From: an uncultured Nitrososphaerota archaeon | GTDB lineage: Archaea; Korarchaeota; Korarchaeia; Korarchaeales; Korarchaeaceae | Reading direction: 5' to 3' | DNA: 64,000 nucleotides | Assembly (NCBI GenBank): GCA_964594835.1 | Contig: CAZQNA010000006.1 | Location: 82,205 to 146,204, forward strand | Shown here: in pieces, positions 35,371 through 44,669 of the stretch | Layout: each line of letters opens with the position of its first letter | Numbering within the stretch: the stretch's first letter is position 1 | Program-made: the position numbers and the translations under genes | Notes under the pieces: model-generated | Told to the model about the DNA's origin: nothing | What the model saw: the letters and a program-made list of their open reading frames with translations, nothing else | The model's database searches: none

Positions 35371-36288
35371 CTGGAGTACGCGGAGCTCGGCCGGACGGGC
35401 ATAAGGGTGTCCAGAGTTGGGCTGGGGACCTGGCAGATCGGGACCTCCTACTGGGGGTGGGGGGCCGAGTTCGACAGGGAGAAGGCGATTCGGGTGATAA
35501 GGACCGCCCTTGAGCTCGGCGTGAACCTCATCGACACGGCCGAACTCTACGGGTGGGGCACCTCCGAGAGGGTGGTGGGTGAGGCCGTCAGGGACGTGAG
35601 GGACGAGGTGGTCATAGCCACGAAGGTATCCCCGTGGCACCCGACACCCCGCGGGGTGAGGAGGGCGCTGGAGGGGAGCCTGAGGAGGCTCGGCGTGGAC
35701 TACGTGGACCTCTACCAGATCCACTGGCCCAACCCCCTGGTCCCCCTGGGCCGGACCATGAGGGCGCTGGAGCGGCTACTGGAGGAGGGGAGGATCAGGG
35801 CGATAGGCGTGAGCAACTTCTCCCTCAGGAGGCTTGAGGAGGCCAGGAGTCACCTCAGCAGGCACGACGTGGCCTCCAACCAGGTCGAGTACAACCTGCT
35901 GAAGAGGGACGTGGAGGGGGACCTCCTGCCCTACTGCGAGAGGGAGAAGATCACGCTGATGGCCTACAGTCCGCTGGCGCAGGGCCTGCTGACGGGGAAG
36001 TACGGCCCCGGAAGGATGCCCCCGGGGCTCCAGAGGAGGATCACGGTGCTCCTGAGGTACGGCGGGTCGGGGAGGTTGTCCAGGGTTCTGGGGGCGCTGA
36101 GGGAGGTCGCCGATGCCAGAGGCGTCACGCCGTCTCAGGTCGCCCTGAACTGGGTGCTCAGGAGTCCCGCCGTGGTTGCCATACCGGGGGCGAAGAGGGA
36201 GGAGCACGTGAGGCAGAACGCCCGGGCTGTGGGCTGGTCTCTGAGCCCGGGGGAGTTCGAGGTCATCGAGAGGGCCCTCCGGGGCTGA
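35371..36288 (+). CDS. Aldo/keto reductase
   Basis: GLGTW, IDTAELYG, ATK, DLYQIHWP, GVSNF, YSPLAQG, IPG. The conserved N-terminus (EYAELGRTG) begins at CTG 35371. Confidence 0.93.
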   Translation: MEYAELGRTGIRVSRVGLGTWQIGTSYWGWGAEFDREKAIRVIRTALELGVNLIDTAELYGWGTSERVVGEAVRDVRDEVVIATKVSPWHPTPRGVRRALEGSLRRLGVDYVDLYQIHWPNPLVPLGRTMRALERLLEEGRIRAIGVSNFSLRRLEEARSHLSRHDVASNQVEYNLLKRDVEGDLLPYCEREKITLMAYSPLAQGLLTGKYGPGRMPPGLQRRITVLLRYGGSGRLSRVLGALREVADARGVTPSQVALNWVLRSPAVVAIPGAKREEHVRQNARAVGWSLSPGEFEVIERALRG

Positions 36289-36303
36289 GGTCGCCGTTGG
36301 CCC

Positions 36304-38109
36304 TCACGGCCTCCTGAGGACGATCAGGCTCTCCGTGGGGATGGCGCCCCTCTCGCTGGACTTGGCGAGGTGCACGTCGAACCTGAGCTCGGGCTCAAGT
36401 CCGGCGAGGTCCGCAAGCTCCTCCATCCAGTCCGCGATCGGGAGCCTCCTCACCTCGCCCCTCACCCTCATCACCTGCTCCGCCCCGATCACCCACGTGA
36501 CCCGGCCCCCTGGCCTGACCACCCTCGCCAACCCCTCGAGGACCGTCGATATCCCCGAGAAGTACCTCAGGAGCGCTGCGGCTAGCTTCGGCCTGGCGGG
36601 CCTGAGCCAGGCGAGGAACTCCCTGACGCCCTCAGGCAGGCCGTCAAGCGCGGACTCGCTCCACTCCCTCGAGCTGGAGCCGCGGACGGAGCCCAGGGTC
36701 TCCCTGTCCACGGACAGGTGGTCGCCGGTGAGCCCCAGGACGTAGAGGGAGTAGAGCTGATCCCCCACGTAGTCTATGGCGGTGAGGTAGGGCGGGCTGG
36801 TGACTACACCGTCGAAGGGTCCCCTCAGATCGGGGGGCAGCCTCTCTAGGACCTCTCCGAGCCTCGTCGAGTCACCCCTGATCACCTCGGCGTCCGCCGG
36901 ATTCAGGGGCTTGACCTCCTCCCTGTAGAGCTGGAGGAACCTGAGGGCGAAGCCCATCCTCCTGAGGTGGTCCAGGTAGGTGGAGACCACCTTCTCGGGG
37001 GGCTGCTTGGTGAGCATGCTCCTCATCCAGTAGGCCAGGGGGACCTTGAGGAGGTCGGAGAGGTCTCGGTCCTCCACCCCCCGGCATATCTCCAGCACCC
37101 TGGCGACCACCCCCAGGGAGTCCCTCCTGACCCGGGACGCCAGCCTCTCGGGCAGCCTCGACAGCAGCTCCTCCACGTCCTCTGTCGAGGGGCGAGAGCG
37201 CAGCTCCTCCTCCACGGAGGAGATCAGCCTCGACACCTCCGAGGGGTCCATCCGGAGCGCCCTGACCTTCACCCTGCTCACCATGGCGAGGAGGGGGTTG
37301 ATCTCCACCCCCACCGACCTGATCCCCATGAGGGAGGCCTCCACGTTGAGGGTCCCGCAGCCCGTGAACGGGTCAAGGACCAGGTCGCCCTCCCGCAGGC
37401 CCATGAGGTTCATGGCCGCCCTTATCATCCTCGGGAAGAACTTCCCGTGGATCCCGAAGAACCAGTGGGTCAGGTAGAGCTGCGGGGCCCTTCGGTCGTC
37501 CATGAAGTCCTCTATGGTCTTGAAGAGCCTCGCCGACTCCGCCGAGTAGGGCCTCTTCACCCCCACCTGTAGGTGCCTCAGCCCCCCGCGGAACATCCTG
37601 TCCACGTCCGACCCGTCCCTCGCGAGCCTGCAGACGAAGTCCGAGAACTCGTAGGCCGTCTGATCAGGGACGACCCTCATGCACCTCCCGCCGTCTACCC
37701 TGTAAAGGGTCGCCAGCGGGCTCAGCTCGACCTCGGCTCCCCCGCCGGATGGATCGAGCCCCATGTCGGCGGCGGGAGAGTCGTCGTCGCCCCTCCAGGC
37801 CAGGTAGACCTCCCTGAAGTATGAGAGCCTCTCCACACTCCTCAGGAGGCCTCGAGTGGGCTCCAGCCTCCTCGCCAGGAAGCCCTCGAGCGCCCCCGGG
37901 TAGGGGTGCCAGCAGATCCTGTCGTGGAGCCTCAGGTCATCGTCCACGAGGAACCTCAGCTCTCCCAGGAGAACGTCCACGGCGTTTCTCACGTCCTCTA
38001 CCGCCGATCCGACGGCGGCCTCTGCCTCAGCCCTGGCCAGGGGAAGCTCTGAGTCGTTCTGGACGTCGTGCTTCAGCTTGAAGTAGGCAATCAGGGTCCC
38101 GCCAGCCAA
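36304..38109 (-). CDS. SPPY-type amino-methyltransferase (probable N4-cytosine DNA MTase, alpha order), orphan
   Basis: HGKFFPRM, motif I DPFTGCGT before motif IV TSPPY; long N-terminal extension. Confidence 0.8.
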   Translation of the reverse strand: MAGGTLIAYFKLKHDVQNDSELPLARAEAEAAVGSAVEDVRNAVDVLLGELRFLVDDDLRLHDRICWHPYPGALEGFLARRLEPTRGLLRSVERLSYFREVYLAWRGDDDSPAADMGLDPSGGGAEVELSPLATLYRVDGGRCMRVVPDQTAYEFSDFVCRLARDGSDVDRMFRGGLRHLQVGVKRPYSAESARLFKTIEDFMDDRRAPQLYLTHWFFGIHGKFFPRMIRAAMNLMGLREGDLVLDPFTGCGTLNVEASLMGIRSVGVEINPLLAMVSRVKVRALRMDPSEVSRLISSVEEELRSRPSTEDVEELLSRLPERLASRVRRDSLGVVARVLEICRGVEDRDLSDLLKVPLAYWMRSMLTKQPPEKVVSTYLDHLRRMGFALRFLQLYREEVKPLNPADAEVIRGDSTRLGEVLERLPPDLRGPFDGVVTSPPYLTAIDYVGDQLYSLYVLGLTGDHLSVDRETLGSVRGSSSREWSESALDGLPEGVREFLAWLRPARPKLAAALLRYFSGISTVLEGLARVVRPGGRVTWVIGAEQVMRVRGEVRRLPIADWMEELADLAGLEPELRFDVHLAKSSERGAIPTESLIVLRRP

Positions 38110-38201
38110 GGGTACCTACCGCCCGCGGACCGGCCGGGGAGTCTGGCCGGGCGCGGGGCCATGGGCGATGGTATATTAAATTCACCGGGCGACCACGCCC
38201 G

Positions 38202-38915
38202 ATGGAACTGCCGGCGAGCCTGAGGAGCCCCCGCGCGCTGACGGCGCTCATCTTGGCGGTGGCCGGGGCGTTTTCGGCGGGGGTGTTCCTCGCGTGGCCT
38301 CCCAAGACCTACGAGCTTGGACTCGGCGCAGTCTTCGTGGGCTGGATAATCCTCATGGTCTTCAAGGCCGCGAAGGTCGTCTCCAGGAGGCTCAACAAGT
38401 ACATAGCCAGGAAGTTCATCCACTTCACGACCGGGGGGCTCGTGGCGGCCCTCTCCCCCTTCATCTTCGAGACTCCCACCGTCCCGATAGTGGGGGCGGT
38501 CGGGATGGCCCTCATGACAATCCTCCCCCGCGTCTGGGGCCGGGACCTGGACTGGTACCAGGTCAAGGACAACTTCGGGGACACCTGGTTTTGCCTGAGC
38601 TTCGCCGCCCTCTACACCGCCCTGTGGAATGTCGACAAGTGGCTGGCGGTCGTTCCCGCACTCTTCATGGCCTACGGTGACGGGGTCACCGGGGTGGTCA
38701 GGAGCGTGATCTACAGGGACTGGGTCAAGGGGGCGTGGGGCAGCCTGGCCATGCTCCTGGTGTCGCTCCCCATAGGGGCCGCCGTCAAGGGCGTGGCTGG
38801 CGCGATCGCGGCCCTGTTTGCGACGGCGGTTGAGAAGCTCCCCTACATCGACGACAACATAACCGTGCCAGCCGTGTCGGCCGCCGTGCTCTACCTGCTC
38901 CACGCCGCCGGCTGA
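38202..38915 (+). CDS. Dolichol/phytol kinase-like CTP-dependent membrane kinase
   Basis: RKFIH, GDGVTG, K-G-x-x-GS, DDNITVP. Confidence 0.85.
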   Translation: MELPASLRSPRALTALILAVAGAFSAGVFLAWPPKTYELGLGAVFVGWIILMVFKAAKVVSRRLNKYIARKFIHFTTGGLVAALSPFIFETPTVPIVGAVGMALMTILPRVWGRDLDWYQVKDNFGDTWFCLSFAALYTALWNVDKWLAVVPALFMAYGDGVTGVVRSVIYRDWVKGAWGSLAMLLVSLPIGAAVKGVAGAIAALFATAVEKLPYIDDNITVPAVSAAVLYLLHAAG

Positions 38916-38967
38916 CCCACAGCCCGCTGCCCAAGCGTCGGCGACCGCCGCCCGTTCCAGGGCCGCC

Positions 38968-39432
38968 CTACGGAATGGGGGGCAGGAGTGACTCCCTATA
39001 CTCAGCGACCTTGCTGGCTATCCTCAGTACCGCCCCGAGGGCCAGGAGCAGCACCACAAAACGCAGCCTGAGGGACACCGAGACCGCCGTATCCTCGACC
39101 GTCACCGCGACGGAGGGGTTGCCGAGAGACCATATCTGCCCCGCGCTGATCACGTAGACCGCGAGCACGAGGCCCGACAGGGTCAGGGCCGTGGAGGCCA
39201 GCAGCCTCTCGAGTGTCCCCCTGCTGGCCATGGCCTCGACCGCGGCAAGGGCCGCCATCACTATCCCCAGGGCCGCCAGGGTCTTAACGAAGGTCACCGG
39301 GTCCAACCCGACCCTCTCGACCTCTCGAATGAGCTCAGGAGGCGCCCTCCAGAGCGCCGCCACCGGGAGGGCCACCAGGCTCAGGAGGTAGAGGCCCGAC
39401 ATCATGAGGCCCTGAGAGACGCCCTCCCTCAC
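38968..39432 (-). CDS. Hypothetical membrane protein (about 4 TM)
   Basis: Hydrophobic helices; start overlaps the upstream stop. Confidence 0.65.
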   Translation of the reverse strand: MREGVSQGLMMSGLYLLSLVALPVAALWRAPPELIREVERVGLDPVTFVKTLAALGIVMAALAAVEAMASRGTLERLLASTALTLSGLVLAVYVISAGQIWSLGNPSVAVTVEDTAVSVSLRLRFVVLLLALGAVLRIASKVAEYRESLLPPIP

Positions 39433-39848
39433 TCCCCGCCACCCCCCAGCGTGCCCGATATCTCCACCCTTAGGAGCCCGCGAAAGGCCGCGACGCTGAG
39501 TCGGAGATCCAGTCGGGCGCGCTCTTCGGTGACTCCTTTGGGGATCGGCACTTCCAGGGACAGGACCCTCGACTCCCCGCGCGGGACTCCGACCGACGCG
39601 TTCGCAGAGCTGAGGACCTGTCCGTCTCCCCTGATATCCACCGACGCCCCAACGTCCACGTCGACCAGCCCGCCGTTCTCCACCGGTATCCTGAGCTCCA
39701 GCACATCCCCCCTCTGCTCCGCCTCAACTCCGGCCTCCACCACACCCCTCAGGGTGGTCAGCGCCGCATGCAGGAAGAGGACTAGCATGATCAGCGCGGC
39801 CGCCTCGACCGCCACGGCCGCCCCCCTAAGGATCGCGCTGGTCCTCAA
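39429..39848 (-). CDS. Membrane-anchored LEA2/Ig-like beta protein
   Basis: N-terminal TM followed by IPVENGG and VPRGESRVLSLEV. Confidence 0.6.
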   Translation of the reverse strand: MRTSAILRGAAVAVEAAALIMLVLFLHAALTTLRGVVEAGVEAEQRGDVLELRIPVENGGLVDVDVGASVDIRGDGQVLSSANASVGVPRGESRVLSLEVPIPKGVTEERARLDLRLSVAAFRGLLRVEISGTLGGGGE

Positions 39849-39899
39849 GACGGATCAACCACCCCGCGCCTGCTACGTATTAACCGCGTGCGCTCGACC

Positions 39900-40394
39900 T
39901 CAAGAAGCGGGTCGTCCGCTGGGGCGAGGTTCGCGCGCGTCTGTCGATCCCTCTCGGGGATCTCCCCTGATCCTCGCCACCCCCACGGCCGAGGCTCCGG
40001 CCGGACCCCTGAGGACGAACGGGATGCCCCTTATCCTAGGCACTGGCGTCCAACCGCTCAGGCTGCACCTTATGAGCATTAGGGTCCTGCCGTTCTCCCG
40101 GAGCATCTCCACGCTCTCGGGGATCGCGTGTCCGCCCTCCGGAAGTACGATGGACCACCCGGACGGATCCTCGGCCCCCGAGTCAACCCTCCACTCGCCG
40201 ATAGCGGCGGCCAGCACGTCAATCCGGGTGACCCCACCGTTGACCTCTGCGGTCGCCCCCAAGACCGCCAGAGCGGGCGGTCTCCTCCCGAACAGGGCCG
40301 GTCGGCTCATGGCCGCCATAGCCGCCGCGGCGGCCAGCGCCGCCGTCAGACTGGCCAGCTGCTGCTCGGGCACCCAGGGGAGGACCGCCCACAT
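39900..40394 (-). CDS. Hypothetical protein, divergent paralog of the adjacent pilin-like genes
   Basis: Hydrophobic N-terminal helix; C-terminal LRGPAG resembles LYGPQG and IYGPNG of the neighbours. Start uncertain. Confidence 0.5.
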   Translation of the reverse strand: MWAVLPWVPEQQLASLTAALAAAAAMAAMSRPALFGRRPPALAVLGATAEVNGGVTRIDVLAAAIGEWRVDSGAEDPSGWSIVLPEGGHAIPESVEMLRENGRTLMLIRCSLSGWTPVPRIRGIPFVLRGPAGASAVGVARIRGDPREGSTDAREPRPSGRPAS

Positions 40395-40534
40395 CAGGCG
40401 CCACTATACCCCACGCTGTATTAAATTACTTTGATAAAGATGGCATATTTAGTTAAGAATATCGCAACATTTTCCGGACTTCATTTGTCACCGCGCTAAA
40501 TCGCTTGATCGTCAAGCGCAAGGTTTGAGGGGGT

Positions 40535-41047
40535 TCACGGCCTCGGCCTGAGGGAGTAGAACACCCTCGTTCCGTTCGGCCCGTAGATCGCTATTTCGTA
40601 GCTGTCCGCCGGCGGCACGGAACTCTTCGGGCACCTGAGGCCGAACCCCCCAGACCTCCCCGACGTCTATGGCGGCGTTGTCCTCCAGCCCTGGATCAGG
40701 CGCGTGCTGCCGCACGTAGCTTGCCCTGACGACGCAAGGCGCCCCGTTGACGAAGACCTGCCACAGGTCGGGTATCTCGGAACCCCCAGCCTCGGGGTCA
40801 CCCACCCTGTTGGGCCCAAGGTTCCTGACGAAGACAACGAAGTAGGTGCTGGTCGACGCTCCCCCGCCACGCCTCCCTCCATCGCCTGGAGGTGGGCCGA
40901 CGAGGCCACGCCGAACTTGGCGGTCGCCGAGCCTACGGGCCCCTTTCCAAAGCTCACCAGCGCCACGGCCACCATGACGGCGATCATGATGAGGGCGGCC
41001 TCGACGGCCACCCTGCTCAGCCCCGCCCTCTGGGCCGTCATTCCCAT
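40535..41047 (-). pseudogene. Pilin-like (class III signal peptide) gene interrupted by two compensating frameshifts in G-tracts
   Basis: RAG|LSRVAVEAALIMIAV start; frame break at G5 (40861-40865); middle VRNLGP...WQVFV in another frame; return at G6 (40646-40651) to ...IYGPNGTRVFY. Homologous to 41047-41559. Confidence 0.75.
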
Positions 41048-41559
41048 CACCCGGGGTGGTAGGCGTACACCGTGAAGGTCCCCTGTGGCCCGTAGAGCTT
41101 CACCAGGTGGCTCTCCTTCGAGGTGGCGTAGATCGAGGAGCTGTAGGATCCGTCGAACCTTGTGCATAGGTTGTCCCTCCAGGTCAGCCTGTCCACCTCG
41201 TCGACCGAGAGAACGTCGTCTCCCCCGACATCCACCCGGCTCGGCTCCCCGCAGTAGTCGTCGACTATCAGCACCCAGGCCCCCCTGAGGCTCGCGTTCC
41301 TCAGCTCGATGGGGCCGGCGTTCCTGACAGTCAGCTCGATGCAGACTCCGGATGTGCACGGCCCCTCGGAGAAGTGGACCCCCAGAACCTCCAGGTGGGA
41401 GGGTGAGGCCGCGGAGGTGGTCCCGAAGAGGGCGCTAGAAGCGTAGGATCCCATGGGGGTGAACATCAGGAGGGCGAGGGTCGCCCCCAGCATCAGGAGT
41501 ATCGCCTCGACCGCTAGCCTGGACAGGCCCGACCCTGCCCCGCGCGGAGGGAAGGGCAT
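41047..41559 (-). CDS. Pilin-like protein with class III-type signal peptide
   Basis: GSG|LSRLAVEAILLMLG hydrophobic helix; VRNAGP; LYGPQGT. Confidence 0.65.
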   Translation of the reverse strand: MPFPPRGAGSGLSRLAVEAILLMLGATLALLMFTPMGSYASSALFGTTSAASPSHLEVLGVHFSEGPCTSGVCIELTVRNAGPIELRNASLRGAWVLIVDDYCGEPSRVDVGGDDVLSVDEVDRLTWRDNLCTRFDGSYSSSIYATSKESHLVKLYGPQGTFTVYAYHPG

Positions 41560-41647
41560 GTCTCTCAGCCTAGCAGGGAGCCCCGTCGGGACTGGGAGGC
41601 GTTTGACACTCCCACGAAACGCTTGAGATTCGAGCGGCCCAGAATAT

Positions 41648-42460
41648 TTACCCGGATGGCTCAGTTGGCGGGGCGATGAAGACGCGACGGGGCGCCGAGG
41701 GGTGAGGAGGCAGTGCCGAACTGAGCCCCCCGAAGTCCTCCTCCCCGGATCCCCAGGCAGAGGCCGCGTAGATTAGGAAAGCACCCGCCGCAGCCCCCAG
41801 GAGGCAGGGGAGCAGGGTCTCGGCCGTCGAGGCCGCGAGCAGCGGGAGGAAGGCGGACATATAGCTCAGCGTCCAGGCCCGGCTGGCCCCCTTCGGTGAT
41901 CCCGAGAAGAGGAGCGCGTGGGTCCAGGAGGAGAGCGCTGAGACGACGAGCCACCCCAGGAAGTTCAGAGGGGGCACGCCGAACCACGTGATCCCGGACC
42001 CGACCTCCCACGACCAGGCCCCCAGCTCGACCATGACGGGGTCGGCCGCCAGGTCTATGGCGACCATCATCCCGGAGGCCAGGGCGACCCTCCGCCACCC
42101 CGACGCGAGGGAGGCGGCGGACGAGTAGCAGAGGAAGAGGTAGATCCCCCAGGCCAGCACGATCGGGACCGGGACCCCCAGGACCTCGGGGCCGAAGTCG
42201 GAGTAGGAGTACCTCCCAAATGGGACCCCGTACCTTACCCCGACGGCCTCGAACGCGAGGCCCACGGCGGAGCCGATGAGGGGGAGAGCCAGGGCCTCCC
42301 TCCAGGCCTTCGATGAGAGGGCCAGTGAGGCCGCGAACGCGAGGGTCAGCGCCACGTCCGCGGCCCCTCGACTCCACGCGACGGACAGCGCCGCGTTCAG
42401 AGCGAACCCAAGGGCCATGACGAGGGCCGCCGCCCGATCTGGGTCTGCCGGGAGCCTCAC
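41648..42460 (-). CDS. Carotenoid biosynthesis membrane protein (CruF/DUF422-like)
   Basis: EAVGVRYGVPFGRYSY, GVP...W, DLAADP, FGVPPLNFLGW. Confidence 0.85.
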   Translation of the reverse strand: MRLPADPDRAAALVMALGFALNAALSVAWSRGAADVALTLAFAASLALSSKAWREALALPLIGSAVGLAFEAVGVRYGVPFGRYSYSDFGPEVLGVPVPIVLAWGIYLFLCYSSAASLASGWRRVALASGMMVAIDLAADPVMVELGAWSWEVGSGITWFGVPPLNFLGWLVVSALSSWTHALLFSGSPKGASRAWTLSYMSAFLPLLAASTAETLLPCLLGAAAGAFLIYAASAWGSGEEDFGGLSSALPPHPSAPRRVFIAPPTEPSG

Positions 42461-42528
42461 CGGTGTCCCCGGATCAAGACGCCCAAAAAGCCGACGCCCC
42501 TAGTCTACGACATCTGTATAATTGTTGA

Positions 42529-42555
42529 TGTTACGAAAATGCTTATTTGGTAACA
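42529..42555. promoter_or_regulatory. TGTTAC-N15-GTAACA palindrome, NikR-like operator
   Basis: Perfect 6-bp arms around an AT-rich spacer, ending 25 bp upstream of the ABC operon start. Confidence 0.55.
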
Positions 42556-42579
42556 ATAGTTCGCGGCCTCCGAGCCGGA

Positions 42580-44178
42580 ATGAGTCGCCTCGGACTGGCT
42601 GTCTCGGCGCTTGTGCTCGCGTCTCTGGCGGTCCTGGCGGTCTACCGGTTTGCGGGGGCGGGGGTGTGGGGAGAGAGGGGAGAGGAGAAGATGGTCATCG
42701 CCTGGGGGGACTGGGGTCAGCCGAACCCCTTCTCCTTCTACCCCCGGGGGCCCGGATACGTCGTGACCAGCCTGATCTTCGACACGCTGGTGTGGAAGGA
42801 CGAGGGCGGCCTGACGCCCTGGCTGGCCGAGAGCTGGTCGGTCTCGCCTAACGGCACCGTGTACACGTTCAGGCTGAGGGAGGGCGTGAGCTGGCACGAC
42901 GGGGAGCCTCTCACGGCCCGGGACGCGGCCTTCACGTTCAACTACCTGAGGGGGAAGGGGTGGAGGTGGAAGAACGTCGACCCCTCCCTCATCGTCGGGG
43001 CGGAGGCCGTGGACGGCAGGACCCTCGTGATAAGGCTCTCCCGACCGTATCCCCTCTTCCTCGAGACGTACGCCTCCACCGTGTTCATCATACCCGAGCA
43101 CGTGTGGTCCAGGGTAGACAACCCGCTCACCTACCTCGAGCCCGACTCCTTCGTGGGCAGCGGGCCCTACGTGCTTGAGGAGTACGAGCCGGGCGTCGGG
43201 TACAGGCTGAGGGCCAACGAGCACTACTTCGCCGGGAGGCTGGCGTACGATGAGCTTGAGCTCAGGGCCATAGCCGACCCGAACACCGTCGCGGCGGCGA
43301 TCAGGCAGGGCCAGGTCCACTCGGCAAGCTTCTGGGGCGGCCAGGTCAGGCTCGTCAGGCAGCTCCGGGAGTCCGTGCCGGGCCTGAGGGTGCTCGAGGG
43401 GGACACGTACTGGGTGCTCTACCTGGACTTCAACCACGCCTCCTGGCCGACCAACGCCACCGAGTTCAGGAGGGCGATCGCGCACGCGCTCAACCTGACG
43501 GAGGTGGTCGAGAGGTCCGTCGGCCTGGAGGCCGCCGTGGCGGGGAATCCGGGCTACCTGCCGCCGTACAGCCCGTGGTACAACCCCGACGTCCCGAGGT
43601 ACGGCTACGATCCCGAGGCGGCCCTGAGGGAGCTGGCCGACCTGGGGATAGAGGACGTGGACGGGGACGGGCGGCTCGAACTCCCCCACGGCGGGGACCT
43701 GAGGCTGAGGCTCGTGACCGTCGGCCAGTTCGTCCAGGAGGCCAGGCTCGTGGCTGAGCAGCTCGAGCGGATCGGCGTCTCGGTTGAGGTCCAGGCCCTC
43801 TCGGACTTCTCCCAGCTCGACCAGGTCTCGAGGTCGGGCGACTACGACCTGATGATATCGGGCCACGGGGCCACCGGGAACGACCCCCTCGGGTTCACGT
43901 GGTACTTCTCGAGGTGGGGCGCCGCCCCCTGGGTGAACGAGACATACGAGGCCGCCCTGAAAGAACTCGTCTCCTCCCGGTCCAGGGAGGAGCTCGCGCG
44001 GGCGGTGGAGAGGCTCCAGGTGATCGTGGCCCAGAACCTCCCCCAGATACCGCTCTACTACCCGAAGACCTACGTTGTCTCCAGGCCCGAGGTGGGGGTG
44101 GAGTGGTTCTTCACCCACATGGGCATCGACGGGGGGATACCGCTCCCGTTCAACAAGTTCGCCCTCCTCCGGGGGTGA
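42580..44178 (+). CDS. ABC transporter substrate-binding protein, family 5 (peptide/nickel)
   Basis: PWLAESWSVS...YTFRLREGVSWHDGEPLTARD, GSGPY; N-terminal membrane anchor. Confidence 0.93.
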   Translation: MSRLGLAVSALVLASLAVLAVYRFAGAGVWGERGEEKMVIAWGDWGQPNPFSFYPRGPGYVVTSLIFDTLVWKDEGGLTPWLAESWSVSPNGTVYTFRLREGVSWHDGEPLTARDAAFTFNYLRGKGWRWKNVDPSLIVGAEAVDGRTLVIRLSRPYPLFLETYASTVFIIPEHVWSRVDNPLTYLEPDSFVGSGPYVLEEYEPGVGYRLRANEHYFAGRLAYDELELRAIADPNTVAAAIRQGQVHSASFWGGQVRLVRQLRESVPGLRVLEGDTYWVLYLDFNHASWPTNATEFRRAIAHALNLTEVVERSVGLEAAVAGNPGYLPPYSPWYNPDVPRYGYDPEAALRELADLGIEDVDGDGRLELPHGGDLRLRLVTVGQFVQEARLVAEQLERIGVSVEVQALSDFSQLDQVSRSGDYDLMISGHGATGNDPLGFTWYFSRWGAAPWVNETYEAALKELVSSRSREELARAVERLQVIVAQNLPQIPLYYPKTYVVSRPEVGVEWFFTHMGIDGGIPLPFNKFALLRG

Positions 44179-44186
44179 CCGGCCCG

Positions 44187-44657
44187 ATGGGGAGGGGACG
44201 TGACCCCGCGCACGTCATCGAGCTCAGGCCGATCGGGTACGTCAGGAGGCCCGGCCCACAGCCGAGGGTCAGGAGGTGGACGAAGGAGGACGTGTTCGAG
44301 CACGACGAGGAACTCAGGAGTCAGGAGGTCACGGTGGAGGTGCTCCCGGAGTACGGCGACGCCCTTGAGGGGATCGAGGGGGAGGAGTTCGTCTGGCTGA
44401 TATGGTACGCCCACCTCTCCGGGAGGCCCGGGTCGCTGAGGATCCACCCCTACGGAGACCCCAGCCAGCCAGTCCGAGGGATATTCGCCACCAGGAGCCC
44501 GGTAAGGCCCAACAACGTCATGCTATCCCTGGTCAGGCTTGTCGACAGGAGGGGAAACTCTCTGGTGGTCAGGGGGACTGAGGCCTACGACGGGACCCCC
44601 GTGCTGGATCTGAAGCCGTTCTCCCCGGGACTCGACTCCCCCGAGAGCGTTCCCTGA
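44187..44657 (+). CDS. tsaA: TsaA/TrmO (YaeB)-family SAM-binding protein
   Basis: LRPIGYV, GIFATRSPVRPN, DGTPVLDLKP. Confidence 0.9.
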   Translation: MGRGRDPAHVIELRPIGYVRRPGPQPRVRRWTKEDVFEHDEELRSQEVTVEVLPEYGDALEGIEGEEFVWLIWYAHLSGRPGSLRIHPYGDPSQPVRGIFATRSPVRPNNVMLSLVRLVDRRGNSLVVRGTEAYDGTPVLDLKPFSPGLDSPESVP

Positions 44658-44669
44658 GGGGAGCTTGAA

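Noticed and set aside
36304-38109. Complete restriction-modification system
   Set aside because: The flanking genes are an aldo/keto reductase and a dolichol kinase, and no endonuclease is adjacent.
43899-44186. N-terminal extension of TsaA
   Set aside because: Overlaps the substrate-binding protein gene in another frame. Homology starts after ATG 44187.
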